NCBI GenBank assembly: GCA_964597575.1
Contig: CAZQXB010000001.1
Span: 64,964 to 128,963 of the forward strand
Origin: an uncultured Gammaproteobacteria bacterium
GTDB lineage: Bacteria > Patescibacteriota > Patescibacteriia > Magasanikbacterales > UBA922
Direction: 5' to 3'
Length of the DNA stretch: 64,000 nt
Positions within the stretch are counted from its first letter, which is position 1, and every line of letters begins with the position of its first letter. Below, piece after piece: positions 1 through 9,838 of the stretch. A model generated the notes under the pieces. That model had not been told where the DNA came from and searched no databases. It saw only the letters and a list, made by a program, of their open reading frames with translations. Both the position numbers and the translations under genes were made by a program.

Positions 1-639
1 CTTGATGACAGCGCCATTGCTGAAAAAATTCGTCGCGATCAAAAACATGGTATGTCGGTTGGTGTCGGCGGTACCCCTACGTTCTTCTTGAACGGCGCAG
101 CTATTCAAACACCGGGATCACTTCAAGAATTCAAAACGCTTATTGAAGCCGCACTTCAAAATGCTCCCACTCGAACGTTTACCGATGCAGATTTTGCCGG
201 AGCAGCAGTTGCGCACACAAGTGCCGACATCGCAATCATCGTAAACGGAAAAAACAGCATGCTCCCAGCTTCGAGTACAAGTGAGTACATTAAAACCGCA
301 GACAACGGCACGGTGCTTCATCGCCATAAAGAAGGGATCACACTCGGGTATGCGCTTGAAACACTCGGTGTTACCCTGACCGATACGTGTCTCACTATTT
401 CAGGCGTGGAATCTTGCACCAACAGTGAAAATTCACTCAAAGTATTTGTAAACGGAAAGAGGACCGTAAACGGAAGTCGGTATGTTTTCCAAACGGGTGA
501 TAAAATTTTAATCAGTTTTGGACCACTCACCGACAGCACACTCGAAACCCAACTCGCAAACATTCCCGATAACGCAAAAAAACACCAAGAAGAAGATCAT
601 GACAAAAACATGCAGGCTCACAGTGAAACAAGCTCATAA
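1..639 (+). CDS. DsbA-like thiol:disulfide oxidoreductase (thioredoxin fold) with ~150-aa C-terminal extension; 5'-partial
   Basis: Reading frame open from base 1. GTPTFFLNG motif and surrounding pattern typical of DsbA-family proteins. Extension contains two (I/V)xVNGK-type repeats. Stop at 637-639. Confidence 0.55.
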   Translation, partial: LDDSAIAEKIRRDQKHGMSVGVGGTPTFFLNGAAIQTPGSLQEFKTLIEAALQNAPTRTFTDADFAGAAVAHTSADIAIIVNGKNSMLPASSTSEYIKTADNGTVLHRHKEGITLGYALETLGVTLTDTCLTISGVESCTNSENSLKVFVNGKRTVNGSRYVFQTGDKILISFGPLTDSTLETQLANIPDNAKKHQEEDHDKNMQAHSETSS

Positions 640-641
640 TT

Positions 642-1916
642 ATGCCTCAAGCAAAAATAGAAAAACTCGTATTTGGGGGTCAGGGCTTAGCACACGTTGA
701 CGGAAACACCGCCTTTCTTTGGAACGCCCTTCCTGGCGAAGAAGTGGATTTTGAAATTCTCTCGAAGAGAAAAGGGGTCATCGAAGGAATCGTAACTGGT
801 GTCCTTAAACCCTCAAAGGATCGTCAGAAACCGCACGAAAAACAGTTTCTCTCGACAAGCCCTTGGCAAATGATGGATCCAAAGGCAGAGCTTCGTTTTA
901 AACAAGAAATTGCGGCCGAAACATACAGCAAACTTGGAAACCTCATTCTCTCGCCTGAACAACTTCCTATCGCCGGAAGTGAACGGATCACGGGGTATCG
1001 AAACAAGATGGAGTTTAGTTTTACGGTAGACACCGGTGGTGTAATCTCACTCGCCTTTTTCGAACGTGGCAGTAAAGTAAAAGTAGCGGTTGAAGGGTCA
1101 GTTCTCTGTGAAGACGTTATCAATACCACGGCCAAATCAATCCTACGCTGGATTCGTGAAATGGATATTCCGATTCGGAGTCTGAAGGCGCTTATTGTGC
1201 GAAGCAATGGTGAAGGGAAGGCTATCGCCGCTCTTTTCATTAAAGATAAACTTTCTTTCCCTACCTATCCATCACTATCTGAATCGTGCCTTGGGTTTGA
1301 ACTCTACTACTCAACACACAAGTCTCCAGCATCGGTTCCGACCGAATTGCTGTACCATGTAGGGCAGAACACATTGACCGCGACCATTAAGGGGGCCAAA
1401 CTTACCTTTGGAATTTTTAGTTTTTTTCAAATTAATATTCCGGTATTTGATGAAGCGCTCAGTGATATTGCGGCCTTTATTTCTCCAAAAGATGCTCTTC
1501 TCGATTTTTACGCAGGGGTTGGAGCCATTGGTATTCCTATCTCAAGAAATCGAAGTTCACTTACCATTGTCGAAAGCAACGAAGATGCAATTCACTTTGC
1601 CACGCAAAACGTTGCTGACAATGGACTTGAGAATGTGACCATTCAAGGGCTTCCGGCTGAGCATGCCACGAATGCGATTACGAGCGATGCAACGCTTATT
1701 GTTGACCCCCCTCGGGCTGGGCTTCACCCGAATGTTATCTCTAAAATTCTCCTCAAACGTCCACCAAAAATCATCTATCTCTCTTGTGGTCTCGACACTC
1801 AGGCACGGGACCTCCGTCTTCTCTCAGAAGCGTATCGCCCGGTCTTCTTTCGCCTGTACAACTTCTTCCCTCGAACTCCCCACATTGAGGGGCTGGTTGT
1901 ACTCGAACGCGTATAG
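642..1916 (+). CDS. RNA (uracil-5-)-methyltransferase, TrmA/RumA family (TRAM domain + class I SAM MTase)
   Basis: N-terminal TRAM-like segment (KIEKLVFGGQGLAHV...EVDFEI). C-terminal MTase with DPPRAGL motif diagnostic of the TrmA/RumA/RlmD family. No Fe-S cysteine cluster seen. Confidence 0.8.
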   Translation: MPQAKIEKLVFGGQGLAHVDGNTAFLWNALPGEEVDFEILSKRKGVIEGIVTGVLKPSKDRQKPHEKQFLSTSPWQMMDPKAELRFKQEIAAETYSKLGNLILSPEQLPIAGSERITGYRNKMEFSFTVDTGGVISLAFFERGSKVKVAVEGSVLCEDVINTTAKSILRWIREMDIPIRSLKALIVRSNGEGKAIAALFIKDKLSFPTYPSLSESCLGFELYYSTHKSPASVPTELLYHVGQNTLTATIKGAKLTFGIFSFFQINIPVFDEALSDIAAFISPKDALLDFYAGVGAIGIPISRNRSSLTIVESNEDAIHFATQNVADNGLENVTIQGLPAEHATNAITSDATLIVDPPRAGLHPNVISKILLKRPPKIIYLSCGLDTQARDLRLLSEAYRPVFFRLYNFFPRTPHIEGLVVLERV

Positions 1917-1938
1917 TGAACACACGAGAGGATAGCCA

Positions 1939-1968
1939 TTGACTTTTTTCCCTGTTTTTCGCTATACT
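1939..1968 (+). promoter_or_regulatory. sigma70-like promoter TTGACT-N18-TATACT
   Basis: TTGACT at 1939-1944 and TATACT at 1963-1968, about 120 nt upstream of the 2089 membrane-protein gene. Same architecture recurs at several other loci in the window. Confidence 0.4.
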
Positions 1969-2088
1969 TAAGCCATATATATCTCTATGTATAAAAAAAG
2001 AAAGCAAGCACTCCGAAAACGCAAGAAAAAAGCAGGCAAAAATGTTGGCTTGCGCTATCGCTAAACATACTTCCCGCGCAAGCGGGAT

Positions 2089-2667
2089 TTGTTTTCCATA
2101 TCATTCTCTATGTGGCCACGACAAGTACGAGAGTACCCATATACCCTCCTGTTCTTCGCCTCCATGCTCGTGGCGATCTTACTCTATATTTCGGGAACAC
2201 TCCACAGGTTTGCTGAACTGCTTCAACCGCTCAGTTACATCGGCATCCTTATCAATGGTTTTTTCTTTTCCTCTGCGTTTACCTCAAGCACTGCAACCCT
2301 TCTTTTTATTGAACTCGGGGAAAAGGTAAATCCACTTCTCGCAGCACCAGTTGGAGGAATAGGTGCCACCATTGCCGACACCTTCCTCTACCGCCTACTC
2401 AAAAATCATCTCTTAAAAGAAATGAAACATCTTGCACTGAGCATACATCGACACATTCACCCAAATCACCGACTCTTTTTTTCTCGTTCAAAAAAATTCC
2501 GCCCCTTTCTTTTTCTCTTAGGCGGAATAGTAATCTCTTCCCCATTTCCGGATGAACTTGGGGTAGCACTGTTTACCCTCGCCAATGTTCGTTTTCGCTA
2601 TTTTTCTTTGGTGGTATTTATATGTAACACCATCGGAATCGCCATTCTCCTTTCTCTCGGACACTAA
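2089..2667 (+). CDS. hypothetical polytopic membrane protein
   Basis: 192-aa ORF with 4-5 predicted hydrophobic helices, immediately upstream of the NUDIX gene. Start codon choice is uncertain. Confidence 0.5.
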   Translation: MFSISFSMWPRQVREYPYTLLFFASMLVAILLYISGTLHRFAELLQPLSYIGILINGFFFSSAFTSSTATLLFIELGEKVNPLLAAPVGGIGATIADTFLYRLLKNHLLKEMKHLALSIHRHIHPNHRLFFSRSKKFRPFLFLLGGIVISSPFPDELGVALFTLANVRFRYFSLVVFICNTIGIAILLSLGH

Positions 2668-2676
2668 CATGTACCT

Positions 2677-3234
2677 ATGAAAAAAATTACACTCAAAAAA
2701 GCCGGTCCGGTTCGAACGATGTATCGCGGAAAAATATTTTCTATTAAGGAACGCGATATTACTTTTTCCGACGGATCAAAAAAGGTGTACGAGTACTGCG
2801 AGCGCCCAGACAGCGTGAGTGTTTTAGCGTTTAACGACAAAGGTGAACTTCTTCTCATTAAAGAACGGCGCCAATATAATAAACCGCCGGTGTGGTTTTT
2901 ACCCGGAGGACGCATCGATAAAAAAGGAGATACACCGAAAAAAGCCGCGGTTCGTGAACTTCGCGAGGAAACAGGGTACAGTGCAAAAACACTCAAGTTA
3001 GCACACAAGAAAACTCCGAGCCAAACCCTGCTTTGGGATATTTATATCTTTGCTGCTAAGAATTTAGAATACAAACCTTTGCCGAATGAAGTAGGCGAAG
3101 ATACCGTGCCGCATTTTGTTCCATTTCAAGAAGCGGTGACCATGGCCTTAAATGGCACAATTGAAAATGAGTTTGTTGCCTACAACATTATTCGTTTTTC
3201 AGAAATGGTGAAACACGGTGAGTTTAGTTGGTAA
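2677..3234 (+). CDS. NUDIX hydrolase (ADP-ribose pyrophosphatase-like)
   Basis: Canonical Nudix box: GGRIDKKGDTPKKAAVRELREETGY (GX5EX7REUXEEXGU). Confidence 0.85.
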   Translation: MKKITLKKAGPVRTMYRGKIFSIKERDITFSDGSKKVYEYCERPDSVSVLAFNDKGELLLIKERRQYNKPPVWFLPGGRIDKKGDTPKKAAVRELREETGYSAKTLKLAHKKTPSQTLLWDIYIFAAKNLEYKPLPNEVGEDTVPHFVPFQEAVTMALNGTIENEFVAYNIIRFSEMVKHGEFSW

Positions 3235-3313
3235 GAAAAGGTAGTTCCTTTAGTTAAATTCAGCTTACCAAAGTTTAGACTCAGTTAATTTATAGCAATC
3301 TATATTTAAAAAA

Positions 3314-3616
3314 TTATTTAGTTTTATGTATTAGATTTAATCCAAATCTAATTCTACTTGCTTGAGATTTTCCAACTTCGTTTTTTTCATCTATTCCGGC
3401 CTTTAACTCTACCCCTAAAACTTTAATTCCCCCTCCCACCGCCCCATTCCCTCCGGTTTTTTCGTCAACGGTTATTGCTATATCAAAATCTATATCCCCG
3501 GCCTTTTCTCTACTGGTAATGCGAATAAGCTCTGATCCCCGCTTGCGACACTCTTCGACAGCATCAGCAATATCGCCTACTGTCTTGACAATAAAATCCT
3601 TAAGTTCCATAGCCAT
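3314..3616 (-). CDS. hypothetical small Gly-rich protein (100 aa), translationally coupled to upstream zinc-ribbon gene
   Basis: ATG overlaps the TAA of the preceding ORF by 1 nt (TAATG). Acidic N-terminal helix then a GGNGAVGGGIKVLGVELKAG Gly-rich segment. No confident family assignment. Confidence 0.55.
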   Translation of the reverse strand: MAMELKDFIVKTVGDIADAVEECRKRGSELIRITSREKAGDIDFDIAITVDEKTGGNGAVGGGIKVLGVELKAGIDEKNEVGKSQASRIRFGLNLIHKTK

Positions 3617-3801
3617 TAATTATAATCGGAAAAGCGACGACGCAGGCTTACAACTTTTACCAGCTGATCCTTTTTCATATCCCCAGCGAGTCCACAATTT
3701 TCACATTTTTGATCCTCAATTTTTTTCCCTTTTTCGAGACTTATCTCTCCTCTAAAATCACACCTTGTACACAACACTGTTATTTTATATACATTTTCCA
3801 T
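3616..3801 (-). CDS. small zinc-ribbon protein (61 aa)
   Basis: Two CxxC pairs (CTRC ... CENC) about 20 residues apart. First gene of a two-gene minus-strand operon. Confidence 0.55.
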   Translation of the reverse strand: MENVYKITVLCTRCDFRGEISLEKGKKIEDQKCENCGLAGDMKKDQLVKVVSLRRRFSDYN

Positions 3802-3821
3802 AATAAGTACAATAAAATTTT

Positions 3822-3850
3822 TACTAAAAACTGAGCTCTTAGCTCAGTCT
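3822..3850 (-). terminator. rho-independent terminator downstream of nrdJ
   Basis: Hairpin CTGAGCT-ctt-AGCTCAG followed on the minus strand by a U-run (TTTTTAGTAAAAATTTT). Confidence 0.45.
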
Positions 3851-3864
3851 TCAGAAAACCTTTT

Positions 3865-6800
3865 TTACGAGCACCCGAGGGAGTCCCCGCAGTTCAAACA
3901 CTTATAGCAGGCGCCATTTCGAACGGTAATGTGTCCGCACGTTGGGCAGGCTGGCGCGTCACCATCCATTTCACTAAGCGCCTGGGCCATCGCATCTGGC
4001 ACATCCCCAGCCACCGCTCCTGAAGTAGCCTCATCAGCAACTTCGCTTTTCGCTTTTCCAGCCACAGCTGGTGCTATTTTTGGTAATTGAAGGGTTTCTT
4101 GCCCGGCAGTGTTTTCAGCCAAGTTCACTAAGTTTTCAAATTTGTTTTTTTGAATTCCTTTTGGAGGCACCTGTACAAAATCAGTGCGACCAAGGTACTC
4201 CATGCCAAGAACACGGAAGACAAAGTCGATAATGGAAGTACAGATTTTTACATTTGGGTGGTCAGTCATTCCGGCTGGCTCAAAACGAGTAAAGGTAAAG
4301 TTCTCTACATATTTTTCGAGCGGCACGCCGTACTGAAGACCCATAGAAACGGAAATCGCGAACATGTTCAACATACTGCGGAAGGCTGCACCTTCTTTAT
4401 ACATGTCAACGAAAATCTCAGCTAATTTTCCATCTGGATATTCACCGGTACGAAGCCAGATCTGCTGATTTCCAATTTTTGCTGAAACCGTAATACCACT
4501 GCGTTTCGCTGGAACTTTTCGTTTTTCCCCATGCACATAAACACGATGGTCAGTAATCGACCCATCTTTACTATAACTTGGTATGGCATGGGTATCTGGC
4601 ATGTGCTGGCCCAAAATTTTACTTGCGGCTAGAATTGCCTGGCTCAAATCTGCTTGTTTTACCACTTCAACTTCTTTCGCTACTGGTTTCTCAACCACCG
4701 CCTTCACCTCTTCTTTTATCTCTTCCTTCTTTACTTCTTTCTTTGAAGAAGTAGAGAGGGCTTGAGAAAGTTTACTTCCATCACGATACAATGCTACCGC
4801 TTTCAAACCAACGCGCCACGATTCTTCATAGGCAAATTTCACGTCTTCTACGGTCACATCATTTGGCATGTTGATGGTCTTTGAAATCGCGCCAGACAAA
4901 AATGGCTGGGCTGCGGCCATCATTCTTACATGTCCCAAGTAATGAATGTACCGAACGCCTTTCTTTCCACATTTGTTTGCGCAATCGAAAATAGGATAAT
5001 GTTCTGCTTTCAAATGAGGCGCACCTTCAATCGTCATGAGACCACACACAAAGTCATTCGCTCGATCAATTTCCTCATCAGAAAAACCAAGCGCTTTCAA
5101 CATGTGAAAGTTCGAATCATTATATTCCGTCGCACTGAAGCCAGCGCGCTTCATACACTCTTCACCAAGCGTCCACACATTAAAGGCAAAGCGGATTTCA
5201 AAGGCACCTTTCAAAGCTTTGTTCACCTTCTCAAGGTCTTCTGTGCTAAATCCTTTTGCTTTCAAACTTTCTGCATTAATGAATGGAGCATTCGTAATGT
5301 CGGCAGTCCCTTTCATGTAATCCATTACTTCCCCTACTTCGTTTTCTGCGTATCCAAGCTGGCGAAGTGCAGCTGGCACCGCTTCGTTCACAATCTTGAA
5401 GTAGCCTCCACCGGCGAGTTTTTTAAACTTCACCAAGGCAAAATCTGGTTCTACACCGGTCGTCGCACAGTCCATGAGAAGCCCAATCGTTCCGGTCGGA
5501 GCAAGAAGTGTGGTTTGAGCGTTGCGGTATCCGTATTTTTCTCCCCAAGCTACGGCTTCGTTCCAACTTTCTCGCGCAGCCGCGAGCAAATATGCCGGAG
5601 CATATTCTGGGTTAATACCAACAGGCATGATCGTAATTTTTTCGTATTCACTTTCTGGTGCATTGAATGCAGCGCGACGATGATTACGCATCACGCGAAG
5701 CATATCTTCACGATTCAAAGCGAATTTAGGGAATGGCCCGAGGAAGCTCGCGATTTCAGCGCTTGTTCGATACGACTCACCGGTCATTAGCGCGGTTACT
5801 GCACCCGTAAACGCGTACGCTTCTTCTGATTCATACGGAATACCGGCAGTCATAAGAACTGAACCAATATTCGCATACCCTAACCCGAGGGTGCGGTATT
5901 CATAACTCATCTGAGCAATTTCCTTACTTGGGTATTGCGCCATGAGGACACTAATTTCGAGTACTACGGTCCACAAACGAACACTGTGTTTAAAATCGTC
6001 AACCAAGAACTCCTGACGTTCCACATTATAATAGTGTGCCAAGTTGAGCGAGGCCAAGTTACACGCAGTGTTATCGAGGAACATGTATTCACTGCATGGG
6101 TTCGAACCATTGATCCGGCCTGATTGAGGGCAGGTGTGCCAATCGTTAATCGTACCATCATACTGCACCCCTGGGTCAGCACAGCGCCATGCAGCATATG
6201 CAATCGCATCCCAAATTTCTCGAGCTTTATGGGTGCGCGCAATAGTGCCGTCGGTTCTCCAGGTCAAATTCCAAGAAGCATCACGTTTTATCGCATCCAT
6301 GAAGGTGTGTGGTACACGTACGGAATTGTTCGAATTCTGACCAGACACGGTTTGGTATGCTTCCCCTTCGTAATCTGAGCCGTATCCTGCGGTAATCAAG
6401 GCGGCAACCTTCTTTTCTTCTTCTACTTTCCAGTTAATAAATTCCAAAATATCGGGGTGATCTGCATTCAAGATAACCATTTTTGCGGCACGGCGTGTCG
6501 TACCACCAGATTTAATTGCACCAGCTGCGCGGTCACCAATTTTAAGGAAACTCATGAGGCCGCTTGACATACCACCACCAGAAAGAGCTTCACCTCGTCC
6601 GCGAAGTCCAGAAAAGTTGGTACCCGTACCAGAGCCGTACTTAAACAACCGAGCTTCGCGCACCCATAGATCCATAATTCCGCCTTCACCTACTAAGTCA
6701 TCTCGAACCGACTGGATAAAACACGCGTGTGGTTGTGGGTGAGAGTAAGAATCTTTTGATTTGGTCAAAACACCAGAATCAGGATCAACATAATAGTGCC

Positions 6801-7371
6801 CTTGTGACGGACCATTAATGCCGTATGCCCAATGGAGCCCGGTATTAAACCACTGTGGTGAGTTCGGTGCGACACGCTGCGTGAGGAGCATGTACGCAAG
6901 CTCATCGTAAAACACTTGTGCATCTTCAGGAGTTGCAAAGTATCCATATCGCTCCCCCCAGTACCGCCAAGTTCCGACCAATCGATGCACCGTTTGTTTC
7001 ACGCTGGTTTCAGGTCCAAGCATGGGAGACCCGTCTGCGTTCTTTTTCGGTGATCCATCAGCATTAAATTGTGGCACCCCGGCTTTGCGAAAATATTTTT
7101 GTGCAACAATATCTGTCGCAACCTGTGACCATGTTTTCGGAATCTCAATTTCTTTCATTTCAAACACCACCGTACCATCCGGTTCACGAATAACTGAGGT
7201 GCGTAGATCATATTCGATCATGTCATACGGACTCACGCCTTGTTTGGTATACAAACGCTGACACTTAAGCCCATTCGGGTGATACGTAAAACGAGCCGAG
7301 GCATCGGCTCCGAGCTGAATGCTTTCAATAAAACGGGAATCAGTTGGCCCCATAGAATGAAGATAAGGCAT
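3865..7371 (-). CDS. nrdJ: adenosylcobalamin-dependent ribonucleoside-diphosphate/triphosphate reductase, class II (NrdJ), long form
   Basis: Collinear class II RNR pattern along the whole 1168-aa protein. C-terminal Cys cluster CPTCGHITVRNGACYKCLNCG typical of NrdJ. Internal Lys/Glu-rich linker. No intein motifs. Confidence 0.93.
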   Translation of the reverse strand: MPYLHSMGPTDSRFIESIQLGADASARFTYHPNGLKCQRLYTKQGVSPYDMIEYDLRTSVIREPDGTVVFEMKEIEIPKTWSQVATDIVAQKYFRKAGVPQFNADGSPKKNADGSPMLGPETSVKQTVHRLVGTWRYWGERYGYFATPEDAQVFYDELAYMLLTQRVAPNSPQWFNTGLHWAYGINGPSQGHYYVDPDSGVLTKSKDSYSHPQPHACFIQSVRDDLVGEGGIMDLWVREARLFKYGSGTGTNFSGLRGRGEALSGGGMSSGLMSFLKIGDRAAGAIKSGGTTRRAAKMVILNADHPDILEFINWKVEEEKKVAALITAGYGSDYEGEAYQTVSGQNSNNSVRVPHTFMDAIKRDASWNLTWRTDGTIARTHKAREIWDAIAYAAWRCADPGVQYDGTINDWHTCPQSGRINGSNPCSEYMFLDNTACNLASLNLAHYYNVERQEFLVDDFKHSVRLWTVVLEISVLMAQYPSKEIAQMSYEYRTLGLGYANIGSVLMTAGIPYESEEAYAFTGAVTALMTGESYRTSAEIASFLGPFPKFALNREDMLRVMRNHRRAAFNAPESEYEKITIMPVGINPEYAPAYLLAAARESWNEAVAWGEKYGYRNAQTTLLAPTGTIGLLMDCATTGVEPDFALVKFKKLAGGGYFKIVNEAVPAALRQLGYAENEVGEVMDYMKGTADITNAPFINAESLKAKGFSTEDLEKVNKALKGAFEIRFAFNVWTLGEECMKRAGFSATEYNDSNFHMLKALGFSDEEIDRANDFVCGLMTIEGAPHLKAEHYPIFDCANKCGKKGVRYIHYLGHVRMMAAAQPFLSGAISKTINMPNDVTVEDVKFAYEESWRVGLKAVALYRDGSKLSQALSTSSKKEVKKEEIKEEVKAVVEKPVAKEVEVVKQADLSQAILAASKILGQHMPDTHAIPSYSKDGSITDHRVYVHGEKRKVPAKRSGITVSAKIGNQQIWLRTGEYPDGKLAEIFVDMYKEGAAFRSMLNMFAISVSMGLQYGVPLEKYVENFTFTRFEPAGMTDHPNVKICTSIIDFVFRVLGMEYLGRTDFVQVPPKGIQKNKFENLVNLAENTAGQETLQLPKIAPAVAGKAKSEVADEATSGAVAGDVPDAMAQALSEMDGDAPACPTCGHITVRNGACYKCLNCGDSLGCS

Positions 7372-7423
7372 TAGAGTGGCATCCGACGACTTTCCTACAG
7401 ATTGTGGTGCAAGTGAACTTGTA

Positions 7424-7439
7424 CCACTATAGGTAGTGT
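7424..7439 (-). promoter_or_regulatory. possible NrdR-box-like palindrome upstream of nrdJ
   Basis: CCACTATAGGTAGTGT matches 13/16 of the NrdR consensus acaCwAtATaTwGtgt and lies 55-70 nt upstream of the nrdJ ATG. No nrdR gene in the window. Confidence 0.2.
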
Positions 7440-7559
7440 TTTGTGAGACGCTTGGTCAGTATAACATAATTTCTAAATCAGACCAACTGTCGTGAAATTG
7501 CTCTCACTTTGGCGTAGTTTTTCTCTTTTCTGAATTTTCATAAGAACTTACCAACAATG

Positions 7560-7590
7560 TTATCCACAATTTTTTGAAATCAGTGGATAA
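7560..7590. promoter_or_regulatory. inverted pair of DnaA boxes between nrdJ and ruvB
   Basis: TTATCCACA at 7560-7568 and AGTGGATAA (reverse complement TTATCCACT) at 7582-7590, forming TGTTATCCACA-N13-TGGATAACA. Confidence 0.4.
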
Positions 7591-7664
7591 CACATGAACA
7601 AAACCATACCTCTCAGTGTCCTTGTGCCTTAAGAAAGAGAATCGTATACTACGCCTACTACTGT

Positions 7665-8702
7665 ATGTCATCTGAAATTCTTTTTGAAACAACAGAACCG
7701 GAACGGCTGATTGACCCGGACCAAGCCTCCCCCGAAGAAGAAACGATTGATCGGAGCCTTCGCCCCAAAACCTTGGCCGATTTTGTAGGCCAACACCACA
7801 TTAAGGATCCTCTCCTTATTGCTCTTCATGCAACGAAAAAACGCCAGGAACCTATGGAACACGTATTGTTATACGGGAACCCCGGCCTTGGAAAAACCAC
7901 GCTTGCAAGTATCATTGCGGGCGAAATGAATGCGCACATGACCATCACCTCTGGCCCAGCCCTAGAGCGCGTTGGGGATTTAGCAGCTATTTTAACCGGC
8001 CTTTCCCCTCACGACGTGCTATTTATCGATGAAATTCATCGCATGAATAAAACGATTGAAGAGGTGCTCTATAGCGCTATGGAGGATTTTGCGCTCGATA
8101 TTATTGTGGGCAAGGGCCCTGGTGCCAAAACCCTTCGGATGCCTGTTCCCCCCTTTACCTTGATTGGAGCCACTACCAAGTTAAACCTCCTCTCAAACCC
8201 CCTTCGCGATCGGTTTGGGCACGTCTTTCACCTCACGTTCTATACTCCCGAAGACATTGAAACCATTCTTCGCACCAACGCGAAACGGCTTGAAGTTGAA
8301 CTAAGCAAAGAAGCCGCTGAAATTATTGCTACTCGCGCAAGAAGAACTCCTCGGGTGGCCAATCGCCTCCTCAAACGAGTGCGGGATTTCGCAGAAGTCA
8401 AAGGAAATGGTATTATTTCTCTTGATATTGCCCATAGCGCCCTCCGTCTCCTTGAGGTAGATAAAGAGGGTCTCGACCATGTCGACCGTAAACTCCTTCA
8501 GGCAATTATCAAAACGTTCCAAGGAGGACCTGTGGGGCTCCAAACACTCGCTGCCACCATTGCGGAAGATATGGAGACGATCGAAACCGTGTACGAACCA
8601 TACCTTCTTCAAATTGGCATGTTAGAAAGAACCCCACGCGGGAGAAAAGCGACTCAAAACGCCTACCTTCACCTTGGACTCACACCACCCACTCTTTTAT
8701 GA
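7665..8702 (+). CDS. ruvB: Holliday junction branch-migration ATPase RuvB
   Basis: Walker [17 protein letters not shown] (Walker B/sensor) and full-length collinearity with RuvB. No ruvA adjacent. Confidence 0.95.
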   Translation: MSSEILFETTEPERLIDPDQASPEEETIDRSLRPKTLADFVGQHHIKDPLLIALHATKKRQEPMEHVLLYGNPGLGKTTLASIIAGEMNAHMTITSGPALERVGDLAAILTGLSPHDVLFIDEIHRMNKTIEEVLYSAMEDFALDIIVGKGPGAKTLRMPVPPFTLIGATTKLNLLSNPLRDRFGHVFHLTFYTPEDIETILRTNAKRLEVELSKEAAEIIATRARRTPRVANRLLKRVRDFAEVKGNGIISLDIAHSALRLLEVDKEGLDHVDRKLLQAIIKTFQGGPVGLQTLAATIAEDMETIETVYEPYLLQIGMLERTPRGRKATQNAYLHLGLTPPTLL

Positions 8703-8971
8703 TAAGCATCCCCCTCTTCGTTTTTCTCGTCATTTTCGCGATTGTCGTGCTTGCGAGTGTTACTCTTTGGTGCATCAACGTCTACCATATTATTGCGAGT
8801 GCCTCCATGACTCCGGCCGCCTTCTTTGTATCTGCCACAGTCGCTATTCTTGGAATTCTCGTCATTGGGGGTACGTGGCTCCTCGTAAGCGATGTCGACT
8901 GGAGCACCAACCTCCCCATTTTTGATTCTAACCCCCTTACTCAGGATAGCCTTTCTTATGACCGTCCGTGA
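8699..8971 (+). CDS. small membrane protein (2 TM, 90 aa)
   Basis: ATG overlaps the ruvB stop (ATGA at 8699-8702). Two hydrophobic helices. Overlaps the next gene by 14 nt. Confidence 0.4.
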   Translation: MISIPLFVFLVIFAIVVLASVTLWCINVYHIIASASMTPAAFFVSATVAILGILVIGGTWLLVSDVDWSTNLPIFDSNPLTQDSLSYDRP

Positions 8972-9515
8972 GCTCATCCATCAAAAATCATACGAACACG
9001 TTGTGTTTGTTCTTCGCCGTCACTGGCTTACATTCCTTATGGAAGTGGCCTTTTTCGTCCTTCTTTTTGTCGTACCAACCGCAGTGTGGTTCTTACTAAG
9101 CTCCCTTAATCCGAACCTCTTTTCTGTAGAAGCTTGGAGAATTTTAGGTATTCTCGGCGGTGGGATCTACTACTTAGCGAGCCTCATGTTTCTCTTTACC
9201 CATTTCATCGACTTCTACCTCGATGTGTGGATTGTGACGAACGATCGTATTATTGATATGGAGCAGTTCGGGTTATTTTCCCGAACCATTTCTGAGCTTG
9301 ATCTCTTTCAAATCCAAGACGTCACCACTGAAATTCACGGGTTCCTCGCGACCATGTTTAACTACGGCGATGTTACTATTAAAACCGCTTCAAGTAATGT
9401 AGGCATCGTATTCCGAAAAGTTCCTAATCCAAATTTTGTACGCCGACGCCTCATTGAACTCTCACACGAAGACCGTCGATTCCACATAGCAGAGCCCGGG
9501 CACATGGGATCATAG
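8958..9515 (+). CDS. membrane protein with bacterial PH domain (YdbS/YdbT-like, DUF304)
   Basis: Internal ATG at 8958 chosen. Two N-terminal TM helices followed by a bPH-like beta-rich domain (LFQIQDVTTEIHGFLATMFNYGDVTIKT). Confidence 0.6.
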   Translation: MTVRELIHQKSYEHVVFVLRRHWLTFLMEVAFFVLLFVVPTAVWFLLSSLNPNLFSVEAWRILGILGGGIYYLASLMFLFTHFIDFYLDVWIVTNDRIIDMEQFGLFSRTISELDLFQIQDVTTEIHGFLATMFNYGDVTIKTASSNVGIVFRKVPNPNFVRRRLIELSHEDRRFHIAEPGHMGS

Positions 9516-9517
9516 GT

Positions 9518-9838
9518 ATGCCACTTCCCGTTCTTCTTGCCCTCGGCTACCTTCTCGCTATTTCAATTATTGGATTTCTGCTTTGCTTTATCGACAAACA
9601 TTCCTCACAGGTATTTCGTGCCAGACGAATTCCAGAAATGACCTTTTATATACTGTGTCTTATGGGTGGCACTCTCGGCGTTCTCCTTGGCATGTACACG
9701 TTTCGACACAAAACCAAAAAAGTATCGTTTCAAGCTGTCGTCATTATCATTCTCGCTATTCAAGCATTCCTGTTCTTTTTTCTTTATCCGGAACTCTCCT
9801 TACCACCTTCTGATACTTTTTTATATGATCTCCCTTAA
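9518..9838 (+). CDS. DUF1294-family small membrane protein
   Basis: DKHSSQVFRARRIPE motif followed by two TM helices, characteristic of DUF1294. Confidence 0.55.
   Translation: MPLPVLLALGYLLAISIIGFLLCFIDKHSSQVFRARRIPEMTFYILCLMGGTLGVLLGMYTFRHKTKKVSFQAVVIIILAIQAFLFFFLYPELSLPPSDTFLYDLP

Noticed and set aside
4930-5790. Long antisense or alternative-frame ORFs inside nrdJ, polA, PBP1A, the LTD gene and dnaA (e.g. 4930-5790, 51426-51869, 44016-44525, 34679-35563, 48867-49376)
   Set aside because: Fully embedded in genes with strong homology on the other strand or frame. No start-site support.
3865-7371. Possible intein in the unusually long NrdJ
   Set aside because: No Cys/Ser-initiated splice block, no HNH or LAGLIDADG motifs and no C-terminal HN. 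The extra length is explained by a Lys/Glu-rich linker and extended termini.
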